From sequence record MN518894.2: DNA of 39,197 nt; one strand, 5' to 3'. Position 1 is the stretch's first letter, and the number at the start of each line of letters is the position of its first letter. Positions 18,274 to 26,637 of the stretch are shown here, one piece after another. The DNA is from Escherichia virus LS2. The notes under the pieces are model-generated. The model was not told the origin of the DNA, did not search any database, and saw only the letters and a list, made by a program, of their open reading frames with translations. A program made the position numbers and the translations under genes.

Positions 18274-19842
18274 ATGGCTGAACGTGAAGGGTTCGCTGCT
18301 GAAGGCGCTAAGTCAGTTTATGATAGATTGAAGAACGGACGACAGCCTTACGAGACCCGCGCACAGAACTGTGCTGCTGTCACTATCCCGTCACTGTTTC
18401 CTAAGGAATCAGACAACTCGTCTACTGAATATACCACTCCGTGGCAAGCTGTAGGTGCTCGCTGCCTGAACAACTTGGCTGCAAAGCTGCTGCTGGCGTT
18501 ATTCCCTCAGTCACCGTGGATGCGACTGACAGTCTCCGAATATGAGGCAAAGACCTTGAGTCAGGACTCAGAGGCCGCTGCTCGTGTTGACGAAGGGCTG
18601 GCTATGGTCGAGCGGGTGTTGATGGCCTACATGGAGACTAACAGTTTCCGTGTCCCATTGTTCGAAGCTCTGAAGCAGCTTATAGTCTCCGGTAACTGTC
18701 TGCTCTACATTCCGCCTCCAGAACAGGGAACCTACAGTCCTATGCGAATGTACCGCTTAGTGTCATACGTTGTTCAACGTGATGCGTTCGGTAACATCTT
18801 GCAGATTGTGACTCTCGACAAGGTAGCGTTTAGTGCTCTACCGGAGGACGTGAAGTCTCAACTCAACGCAGATGACTATGAGCCTGACACCGAGCTGGAA
18901 GTGTATACGCACATCTACCGTCAGGACGACGAGTATCTACGCTACGAGGAAGTGGAAGGCATTGAGGTAGCAGGGACCGATGGTTCTTACCCACTGACTG
19001 CCTGTCCATACATCCCGGTACGAATGGTTCGACTGGATGGTGAAGACTACGGTCGTTCTTACTGCGAGGAGTATCTGGGAGACCTCAACTCGCTGGAGAC
19101 GATTACAGAAGCTATCACCAAAATGGCTAAGGTAGCCTCCAAGGTGGTGGGCCTCGTTAACCCGAACGGTATCACACAACCTCGTCGTCTGAACAAGGCG
19201 GCTACAGGTGAGTTCGTGGCTGGTCGCGTTGAGGACATCAACTTCCTGCAACTGACGAAAGGTCAGGACTTTACGATTGCTAAATCGGTAGCTGACGCTA
19301 TCGAGCAACGTTTAGGCTGGGCCTTCCTTCTTAATAGTGCCGTTCAGCGTAATGCCGAGCGAGTCACTGCTGAAGAGATTCGTTATGTTGCTGGCGAACT
19401 GGAGGCGACCTTAGGTGGCGTGTACTCAGTACAGTCACAAGAGCTTCAGTTACCTATCGTCCGTGTGCTGATGAACCAGCTTCAGTCTGCTGGCATGATT
19501 CCTGACCTTCCGAAAGAAGCAGTAGAGCCTACTGTCTCCACAGGTCTTGAAGCGTTAGGTCGTGGTCAGGACTTGGAGAAGCTGACTCAGGCGGTTAACA
19601 TGATGACTGGTCTTCAGCCACTATCTCAGGACCCGGACATCAACTTGCCGACCCTTAAGCTACGACTCCTGAACGCTCTGGGTATCGACACCGCTGGCCT
19701 ACTCCTGACGCAAGACGAGAAGATTCAGCGCATGGCTGAGCAGTCGTCTCAACAAGCAGTTGTCAAGGGTGCGGCCGCTGCTGGTGCTAACATGGGCGCT
19801 GCTGTAGGTCAGGGAGCTGGTGAGGACATGGCTCAAGCCTAA
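18274..19842 (+). CDS. gp8: Head-tail connector (portal) protein (T7 gp8 homolog)
   Basis: 522-aa ORF at the conserved position; length and order match T7 gp8. Confidence 0.93.
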   Translation: MAEREGFAAEGAKSVYDRLKNGRQPYETRAQNCAAVTIPSLFPKESDNSSTEYTTPWQAVGARCLNNLAAKLLLALFPQSPWMRLTVSEYEAKTLSQDSEAAARVDEGLAMVERVLMAYMETNSFRVPLFEALKQLIVSGNCLLYIPPPEQGTYSPMRMYRLVSYVVQRDAFGNILQIVTLDKVAFSALPEDVKSQLNADDYEPDTELEVYTHIYRQDDEYLRYEEVEGIEVAGTDGSYPLTACPYIPVRMVRLDGEDYGRSYCEEYLGDLNSLETITEAITKMAKVASKVVGLVNPNGITQPRRLNKAATGEFVAGRVEDINFLQLTKGQDFTIAKSVADAIEQRLGWAFLLNSAVQRNAERVTAEEIRYVAGELEATLGGVYSVQSQELQLPIVRVLMNQLQSAGMIPDLPKEAVEPTVSTGLEALGRGQDLEKLTQAVNMMTGLQPLSQDPDINLPTLKLRLLNALGIDTAGLLLTQDEKIQRMAEQSSQQAVVKGAAAAGANMGAAVGQGAGEDMAQA

Positions 19843-19860
19843 ACTATCACTATAGGAACA
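19838..19860 (+). promoter_or_regulatory. Phage-RNAP promoter (+1 near 19855), phi9 equivalent
   Basis: gcctaaactatcactata G gaaca. Confidence 0.8.
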
Positions 19861-19957
19861 ACAAAAGTAAGACCGCGTAAGCCAACTCTAGGGGAGGCAT
19901 AAACTAGACTGCGCAGGCAGGTGTTGGCCTATTAACGACTTAAAGGAGAATGACTCA

Positions 19958-20848
19958 ATGTCTCAATCAGTTTATGCCGAGTTCGGCGTTAGCTCTAATG
20001 CAATCACTGGTTCCGTTGAGGACCTGAACGAACACCAGAAGTCTATGCTTGAACAGGACGTATCGGTTCGTGATGGCGACGATGCTATTACCTTCAAGCA
20101 ACTGGAAGCTGAAACCGAAGAGGCTACCGAAGAAGACGATAACGTCGACGAGACTGAAGGTGCGTCGTACGAAGACCACGAGTCCGATGACGAAGAGTCT
20201 GAGACCGATGGTGAGCAGCCTGAGTTCATCGAACTGGGTGATGCACCAAAAGAGCTGACCGAAAGTGTCACCGCTCTGGATGAAAACGAAGCTGCATTCG
20301 ACGACCTGGTGTCTTCTGCTGTAGAAGCTGGCAAGGTCACTGCTGATGAAATTACCGCTATCAAGGCTGAATACGCCAAGGACGGTAAGCTGTCTGACGC
20401 ATCCTACGCTAAGTTGCAGGAAGCAGGTTACACCAAGCGTTTCGTAGATTCGTTTGTCCGTGGTCAGGAAGCTCTTGCTGAACAGTATGCTGCTGGTGTG
20501 GTTCGCTACGCTGGTGGTGCTGAACAGTTTAATCGCATCCTGTCACACCTTGAGTCCAACGACCCGTCAACTCGTGAAGCACTTGAAGCTGCTATCGTTC
20601 GTAAGGACATTGCGACTACCAAAGCTCTGCTGAATCTGGCTGGCAAGACTCTGGGTAAAGCTGTAGGTGTTAAACCTCAGCGAACCATCACCACTCAGGC
20701 TAAACCTGTGGTCGCACCTAAGGCTCCTCAGACAGAAGCATTCAGCTCCAAGGCTGACATGATTAAGGCTATGAGTGACCCGCGATACCTGCGTGACGCT
20801 AAGTACACGATGGAAGTTCGCGCTAAGGTAGCTGCCTCAAGCCTGTAG
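19958..20848 (+). CDS. gp9: Capsid assembly scaffolding protein (T7 gp9 homolog)
   Basis: Acidic 296-aa protein immediately upstream of the capsid gene. Confidence 0.9.
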   Translation: MSQSVYAEFGVSSNAITGSVEDLNEHQKSMLEQDVSVRDGDDAITFKQLEAETEEATEEDDNVDETEGASYEDHESDDEESETDGEQPEFIELGDAPKELTESVTALDENEAAFDDLVSSAVEAGKVTADEITAIKAEYAKDGKLSDASYAKLQEAGYTKRFVDSFVRGQEALAEQYAAGVVRYAGGAEQFNRILSHLESNDPSTREALEAAIVRKDIATTKALLNLAGKTLGKAVGVKPQRTITTQAKPVVAPKAPQTEAFSSKADMIKAMSDPRYLRDAKYTMEVRAKVAASSL

Positions 20849-20849
20849 G

Positions 20850-20872
20850 ACTAAACTATCACTATAGGGAGA
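20850..20872 (+). promoter_or_regulatory. Phage-RNAP promoter (+1 near 20867), phi10 equivalent, closest to consensus
   Basis: gactaaactatcactata G ggaga. Confidence 0.85.
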
Positions 20873-20975
20873 CCAAGAGACAGACTCAAGGTTTCCCCTA
20901 TTACTTCAGTCCATACGGATTGGGCATACAGTAAGTAATAAACTTTATCTTTCAATTGAATAGGAGAATTATCAT

Positions 20976-22025
20976 ATGGCAAACGTTCCGGGTCAGAAAA
21001 TTGGTACAGACCAAGGTAAAGGCAAATCCAGTTCCGACGCTCTGGCGTTGTTCCTGAAGGTATTTGCTGGTGAAGTCCTGACCGCATTCACTCGCCGCTC
21101 TGTAACTGCTGACAAGCATATTGTCCGTACCATTCAGAACGGTAAGTCTGCTCAGTTCCCGGTCATGGGTCGCACCTCTGGTGTGTATCTGGCTCCGGGT
21201 GAGCGACTGTCCGATAAGCGTAAAGGTATCAAACATACCGAGAAAGTGATTACCATTGATGGTCTGCTGACTGCCGATGTGATGATTTTCGACATTGAAG
21301 ACGCGATGAACCACTATGACGTGGCTGGCGAATATTCCAATCAGTTAGGTGAAGCTCTGGCTATCGCTGCTGATGGTGCTGTTCTGGCTGAAATGGCTAT
21401 CCTGTGTAACCTACCGGCTGCATCCAACGAGAATATTGCTGGTCTTGGCACTGCGTCCGTACTTGAAGTAGGCAAGAAAGCTGACCTCAACACCCCGGCT
21501 AAACTGGGTGAAGCAATCATTGGGCAACTTACCATTGCTCGTGCGAAGCTGACCTCCAACTACGTTCCTGCTGGCGACCGTTACTTCTACACCACGCCTG
21601 ACAACTACTCTGCAATCCTCGCTGCTCTGATGCCGAATGCTGCTAACTATGCTGCGCTGATTGACCCGGAGACTGGTAACATCCGTAACGTAATGGGCTT
21701 TGTTGTTGTTGAAGTTCCACACCTGACTCAGGGCGGTGCTGGTGAAACTCGTGGTGCTGATGGCATCACTATTGCGACTGGTCAGAAGCACGCATTCCCA
21801 GCTACCGCTACTGGTGATGTTAAAGTTGCTCTGGACAACGTTGTGGGCCTGTTCTCTCACCGTTCTGCTGTGGGTACTGTTAAGCTGCGTGACTTGGCGC
21901 TGGAACGTGACCGTGACGTCGATGCTCAGGGCGACCTGATTGTTGGTAAATACGCTATGGGTCACGGTGGTCTGCGTCCTGAAGCGGCTGGCGCACTGGT
22001 TTTCACAGCAGCGGCAGCGGGTTAA
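20976..22025 (+). CDS. gp10A: Major capsid protein 10A (T7 gp10A homolog)
   Basis: Co-linear with T7 capsid (LFLKVF.GEVLTAF, KHTEKVITIDGLLTADV, NAANYAALIDPE, KYAMGHGGLRPEAAGA). Confidence 0.97.
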   Translation: MANVPGQKIGTDQGKGKSSSDALALFLKVFAGEVLTAFTRRSVTADKHIVRTIQNGKSAQFPVMGRTSGVYLAPGERLSDKRKGIKHTEKVITIDGLLTADVMIFDIEDAMNHYDVAGEYSNQLGEALAIAADGAVLAEMAILCNLPAASNENIAGLGTASVLEVGKKADLNTPAKLGEAIIGQLTIARAKLTSNYVPAGDRYFYTTPDNYSAILAALMPNAANYAALIDPETGNIRNVMGFVVVEVPHLTQGGAGETRGADGITIATGQKHAFPATATGDVKVALDNVVGLFSHRSAVGTVKLRDLALERDRDVDAQGDLIVGKYAMGHGGLRPEAAGALVFTAAAAG

Positions 22026-22288
22026 TGACCTTCAAGACCCTCTCTACTGAGGGTCCTACCTTGGAAACCTGGAGTCCTGCAGTGGGTGTCAGTATTAAGG
22101 TTGACTTCCCTGAGCTGGCAGATGTGACCGACTGGTCTCTGCTGGATGTAACCATGCCGGATGGTGTGAGCTACTCTCGTAGAACCAACAGTCTCTACTT
22201 CAAGGCCACCGATGCTGTGACAGGTCTTGTAACTGTTGGATATGACGGGTCTACCGTTAGGTCATTCAACGTTTCGTTCACAAAATAA
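21998..22288 (+). other. gp10B: Putative -1 frameshift site G GTT TTC (21998-22004) and 94-codon -1 frame extension (minor capsid 10B); alternatively an independent 87-aa ORF from ATG 22025
   Basis: Same heptamer context as the end of T7 gene 10A; the -1 frame is open from 22004 to the stop at 22286-22288. Confidence 0.55.
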
Positions 22289-22294
22289 TTGAAA

Positions 22295-22331
22295 CCCCTT
22301 GGGTGCCTTCGGGTGCTTGAGGGAAATTTTT
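22295..22331 (+). terminator. Late terminator candidate (TPhi-like): hairpin with UUCG loop followed by T5
   Basis: cccttgggtgcc TTCG ggtgcttgaggg (7 Watson-Crick plus 5 G-U pairs) then aaattttt; located after gene 10 as in T7. Confidence 0.4.
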
Positions 22332-22346
22332 GCTTAAGGAGGGCCT

Positions 22347-22913
22347 ATGGCTCAATACATTCCACTGAACGCTACCGATGACTTAGATGCCATCAACGAT
22401 ATGTTAGCTGCTATAGGTGAACCAGCAGTCCTACAGCTTGACGAGGGTAACGCTGACGTCTCTAACGCACAACGTATCCTGCATCGTGTCAATCGTCAGG
22501 TCCAAGCTAAAGGCTGGAACTTTAACATCAACGAAGCTGCTGTCCTGACACCTGATGTCCAAGACAATAGGATTCGATTCCTTCCGTCTTACCTTCGTGT
22601 AATGACCGCTGGGGCCACCAGCTACTACAGCAACATGGGTGGATACCTGTACGACCTGTCCACTCAGTCAACCACTTTCACCGACCCTATAACGGTAGAG
22701 CTTGTTGAGATGAAACCGTTCTCTGAGATGCCTGTGGTATTCAGGGACTACATCGTTACCAAGGCCAGCCGTGAGTTCAACGCTAAGTTCTTCGGTAGCC
22801 CAGAGTCTGAACTGTACCTTCGTGAGCAGGAAGCAGAGCTCTATCAGCAGGTCATGGAATACGAGATGGACACTGGTCGATACAACATGATGTCCGACAT
22901 CGGGAGGGACTAA
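22347..22913 (+). CDS. gp11: Tail tubular protein A (T7 gp11 homolog)
   Basis: 188-aa ORF at the conserved position. Confidence 0.9.
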   Translation: MAQYIPLNATDDLDAINDMLAAIGEPAVLQLDEGNADVSNAQRILHRVNRQVQAKGWNFNINEAAVLTPDVQDNRIRFLPSYLRVMTAGATSYYSNMGGYLYDLSTQSTTFTDPITVELVEMKPFSEMPVVFRDYIVTKASREFNAKFFGSPESELYLREQEAELYQQVMEYEMDTGRYNMMSDIGRD

Positions 22914-23140
22914 TGGCTAGTCACAACCTGAAGATTCACCGCCAGCACTTTGGTCCGGTACAACTAGGTCCAAAGACAGCAGAGCTGAGACTTAACGACA
23001 GGGACTTTAAGGTTGGCGATTGGCTTATCCTGAATGAGTGGGACAACGGGTATACTGGGCAACAGGTAGCACGTAAGGTTGTCCATGTGGCTGACGTTGG
23101 TGACATCGCTGAAGGATACGTCCTAATCAGTATGATTTAA
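22913..23140 (+). CDS. Small PUA/ASCH-like protein (DUF3850-type, 75 aa) inserted between tail genes 11 and 12
   Basis: Motif KIHRQHFGPVQLGPKTAELRLNDRDFKVGDWLIL resembles DUF3850 from memory; no T7 counterpart at this position. Confidence 0.6.
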   Translation: MASHNLKIHRQHFGPVQLGPKTAELRLNDRDFKVGDWLILNEWDNGYTGQQVARKVVHVADVGDIAEGYVLISMI

Positions 23141-23149
23141 GGAGGGCCT

Positions 23150-25507
23150 ATGCCACTTATCACACAAAGAATAAAAAATCTTAAAGGTGGAATTAGCCAG
23201 CAGCCTGACATACTGAGGTTCTCAGACCAAGGCGAGGCGCAGGTTAACTGCTGGTCATCAGAGAGTGATGGCCTCCAGAAGCGTCCACCTACAGTCTTCA
23301 AGCGACGTCTTAACATCGACGTTGGGAGCAACCCTAAGTTCCACCTGATTAATCGTGACGAGCAGGAGCAGTACTATATAGTGTTCAATGGGTCCAACAT
23401 TCAGGTAGTTGACTTGAGCGGTAATCAATACTCAGTGTCCGGTGCGGTAGACTACGTTAAGTCCTCCAACCCACGAGATGACATCCGTGTCGTTACCGTG
23501 GCAGACTATACGTTCGTCGTTAACCGTAAGGTTGTCGTCAAAGGTGGAAGCGAGAAGTCACACTCTGGTTATAACCGTAAAGCACGAGCTTTAATTAACC
23601 TGCGTGGTGGGCAGTATGGTCGAACCCTTAAAGTGGGAATCAACGGTGGCGTTAAGGTCTCGCATAAGCTACCAGCAGGTAATGATGCCGAGAATGACCC
23701 ACCTAAGGTGGACGCTCAAGCCATTGGGGCAGCTCTGAGAGACCTTCTTGTTGCTGCTTACCCTACCTTCACGTTCGACCTTGGGTCTGGCTTCCTGTTA
23801 ATCACTGCCCCTTCAGGGACTGACATTAACTCAGTGGAGACGGAGGATGGTTACGCTAACCAGCTAATCAGCCCAGTACTCGACACAGTGCAGACAATCT
23901 CTAAGTTACCTCTTGCAGCTCCAAATGGGTACATCATTAAGATTCAAGGTGAGACCAACAGTAGCGCCGATGAATACTACGTGATGTATGACTCCAATAC
24001 TAAGACGTGGAAGGAGACAGTTGAGCCGGGAGTTGTCACTGGGTTCGACAACACCACAATGCCACATGCTCTGGTAAGACAGTCTGACGGCTCCTTTGAG
24101 TTCAAGACTCTGGATTGGTCCAAGCGTGGTGCTGGTAACGATGACACAAACCCTATGCCTAGCTTCGTGGATGCTGCGATTAATGATGTGTTCTTCTACA
24201 GGAACAGGCTAGGGTTCTTGTCTGGTGAGAACGTAATCATGAGCCGTTCAGCCAGCTACTTTGCGTTCTTCCCTAAGAGTGTGGCGACACTGAGTGATGC
24301 TGATCCTATTGATGTAGCTGTAAGTCACCCTCGAATCTCAATCCTTAAGTATGCCGTTCCGTTTAGCGAGCAGCTACTACTTTGGTCGGATGAGGTTCAG
24401 TTCGTGATGACAAGCTCTGGGGTCCTTACCTCGAAGTCTATCCAGCTTGATGTAGGCTCAGAGTTTGCCCTAGGTGACAATGCCAGACCGTTCACTGTAG
24501 GACGCTCAGTCTTCTTCTCAGCTCCTCGTGGGTCATTCACCAGTATTAAGCGATACTTCGCTGTAGCTGATGTATCTGATGTGAAGGATGCAGATGATAC
24601 AACTGGTCACGTACTGTCCTACATCCCTAACGGGGTGTTTGATATTCAAGGTACAGGTACTGAGAACTACATCTGCGTCAACTCTACAGGTGCATACAAC
24701 CGAATCTACATCTACAAGTTCTTGTTTAAGGACGGAGTACAGCTTCAAGCCTCTTGGTCACACTGGGAGTTCCCTAAAGATGATAAGATTCTGGCGTCTG
24801 CTTCTATTGGCTCTACCATGTTCATCGTTCGTCAGCACCAAGGAGGGGTAGACATTGAGCACCTTAAGTTCATCAAGGAGGCAACTGACTTCCCCTCAGA
24901 GCCATATAGACTACACATTGACTCCAAGGTGTCTATGGTAATTCCAATTGGCTCATATAATGCTGACACCTATAAGACTACGGTTGACATTGGTGCTTCT
25001 TATGGTGGCAACGCTCCGTCTCCCGGTCGGTACTATCTGATTGACAGTCAGGGTGCTTATGTGGACCTTGGGGACTTGTCCAGTATCTCTACTGTGATTA
25101 CCCTCAACGGCGATTGGTCAGGACGTACAGTGTTCATCGGACGGCCCTATCTGATGTCCTACAAGTTCTCACGGTTCCTGATTAAGATTGAAGATGATAG
25201 TGGCACTCAGTCTGAAGACACTGGTCGTCTACAGCTTCGTCGGGCTTGGGTCAACTACAAGGACACTGGCGCTCTGAGACTAATTGTCAGAAACGGTGAG
25301 CGGGAGTTCGTGAATACCTTCAACGGGTACACACTTGGTCAGCAAACCATAGGGACTACAAACATTGGTGACGGGCAGTATCGCTTCGCTATGAATGGTA
25401 ACGCATTGACCACGAGTCTAACCTTAGAGTCCGACTATCCTACCCCAGTGTCAATCGTTGGTTGTGGCTGGGAGGCGTCATACGCTAAGAAAGCTCGTTC
25501 CGTTTAA
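23150..25507 (+). CDS. gp12: Tail tubular protein B (T7 gp12 homolog)
   Basis: 785-aa ORF at the conserved position. Confidence 0.93.
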   Translation: MPLITQRIKNLKGGISQQPDILRFSDQGEAQVNCWSSESDGLQKRPPTVFKRRLNIDVGSNPKFHLINRDEQEQYYIVFNGSNIQVVDLSGNQYSVSGAVDYVKSSNPRDDIRVVTVADYTFVVNRKVVVKGGSEKSHSGYNRKARALINLRGGQYGRTLKVGINGGVKVSHKLPAGNDAENDPPKVDAQAIGAALRDLLVAAYPTFTFDLGSGFLLITAPSGTDINSVETEDGYANQLISPVLDTVQTISKLPLAAPNGYIIKIQGETNSSADEYYVMYDSNTKTWKETVEPGVVTGFDNTTMPHALVRQSDGSFEFKTLDWSKRGAGNDDTNPMPSFVDAAINDVFFYRNRLGFLSGENVIMSRSASYFAFFPKSVATLSDADPIDVAVSHPRISILKYAVPFSEQLLLWSDEVQFVMTSSGVLTSKSIQLDVGSEFALGDNARPFTVGRSVFFSAPRGSFTSIKRYFAVADVSDVKDADDTTGHVLSYIPNGVFDIQGTGTENYICVNSTGAYNRIYIYKFLFKDGVQLQASWSHWEFPKDDKILASASIGSTMFIVRQHQGGVDIEHLKFIKEATDFPSEPYRLHIDSKVSMVIPIGSYNADTYKTTVDIGASYGGNAPSPGRYYLIDSQGAYVDLGDLSSISTVITLNGDWSGRTVFIGRPYLMSYKFSRFLIKIEDDSGTQSEDTGRLQLRRAWVNYKDTGALRLIVRNGEREFVNTFNGYTLGQQTIGTTNIGDGQYRFAMNGNALTTSLTLESDYPTPVSIVGCGWEASYAKKARSV

Positions 25508-25531
25508 CTTATTGAATGGCCTATAGATTTA

Positions 25532-25554
25532 CCTTAACTATCACTATAGGGACT
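25532..25554 (+). promoter_or_regulatory. Phage-RNAP promoter (+1 near 25549), phi13 equivalent, bracketed by a 12-bp inverted repeat
   Basis: accttaactatcactata G ggact; inverted repeat aatggcctatag (25515-25526) / ctataggccatt (25553-25564). Confidence 0.75.
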
Positions 25555-25583
25555 ATAGGCCATTAAGGTTATAAGGAGACTTT

Positions 25584-26054
25584 ATGTATATTCGTAAAGC
25601 TACGGAACCGGATGTCCACTACTTTCTGTGGCATCTTTCAGCAGATGATGTTAATGAGTGCAAAGCAAACTACGGGTCAACCGTTGGTCTCTCTGAAAGA
25701 CTGCTTAAGCACCTATCTCCGTCATCTGTGGTTTTAACGAACGGTGTAGGCGAAGTGTTTGCCTATGGTGGAAACCAAGGGGATAACGTATGGTTCTTGA
25801 CTTCAGGTCTGGTCAACAAGCTGAGACCTAAAGAGAAGCGAGAGTTCATAAAGCGTATCTCTGAGTACAGGGACTTAATGTTAGACCAATACGGGACCAT
25901 CTGGAACTACGTGTGGTCAGGCAATAAGTCTCACATTAAATTCTTGAAGTTGCTTGGGGCTAAGTTCCATGATGATTGGACTATCAGCCCGGTAACTGGT
26001 GAGCGTTTTCAATTATTCACTATCTCTAAGGAGGACGTATGTGTGAACCCGTAA
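25584..26054 (+). CDS. gp13: Internal virion protein gp13-like
   Basis: Positional equivalent of T7 gene 13. Confidence 0.7.
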   Translation: MYIRKATEPDVHYFLWHLSADDVNECKANYGSTVGLSERLLKHLSPSSVVLTNGVGEVFAYGGNQGDNVWFLTSGLVNKLRPKEKREFIKRISEYRDLMLDQYGTIWNYVWSGNKSHIKFLKLLGAKFHDDWTISPVTGERFQLFTISKEDVCVNP

Positions 26055-26626
26055 GTATCGGCATGGGTATCATGGCTGTAGCCGGGGCCACTATGTCCGC
26101 TCCCAGACAGGCCAAGGCCGAAGGCGCAGCAATTGACTCTCAGAACCGACAGGCTCAGGAAATGGTTAAGCAGATGAACTACTCTGACGCCAACCTGAGG
26201 ATGCAGGAGCGAGACCTGAAGGAACAGCAGATGGCTGAACTGACAGAGACCACGCTAAACGGTATCCGTAATCAGGGTATGGTCCGAGCTGCGGTGGCTG
26301 AGTCCGGTCTGGAAGGTAACTCTATGGACAGGATTGAACGTCAGGTCGAAGGAGATACAGTCAAGGAGCGAGCAAGGATTACCGAAAGTTACAACCGCGA
26401 CTATGCGGCTATCTTCGGGAACCGTATCGCCAACATTGAGAACACCAAGTCTGCTATCCGTGGTCAAGGTAAGATCATCAAGACCAGTCCGCTGGCCCAT
26501 GCACTTAATGTTGCAAGCGCCGGGATGCAGGGGTACGCTGCTGGTAAGTCAATCTCTGGAGCATCAAGCTCTGGTGGTGCTGCACCGATTAGTGCTGCTA
26601 AAGGCACACCTACAGGTCATAGCTAA
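26039..26626 (+). CDS. gp14: Internal virion protein A (T7 gp14 homolog)
   Basis: MC... N-terminus and SMDRIERQVEG...ESYNRDYAAIFG match T7 gp14. Confidence 0.9.
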   Translation: MCEPVSIGMGIMAVAGATMSAPRQAKAEGAAIDSQNRQAQEMVKQMNYSDANLRMQERDLKEQQMAELTETTLNGIRNQGMVRAAVAESGLEGNSMDRIERQVEGDTVKERARITESYNRDYAAIFGNRIANIENTKSAIRGQGKIIKTSPLAHALNVASAGMQGYAAGKSISGASSSGGAAPISAAKGTPTGHS

Positions 26627-26637
26627 GAGGAGGACTA

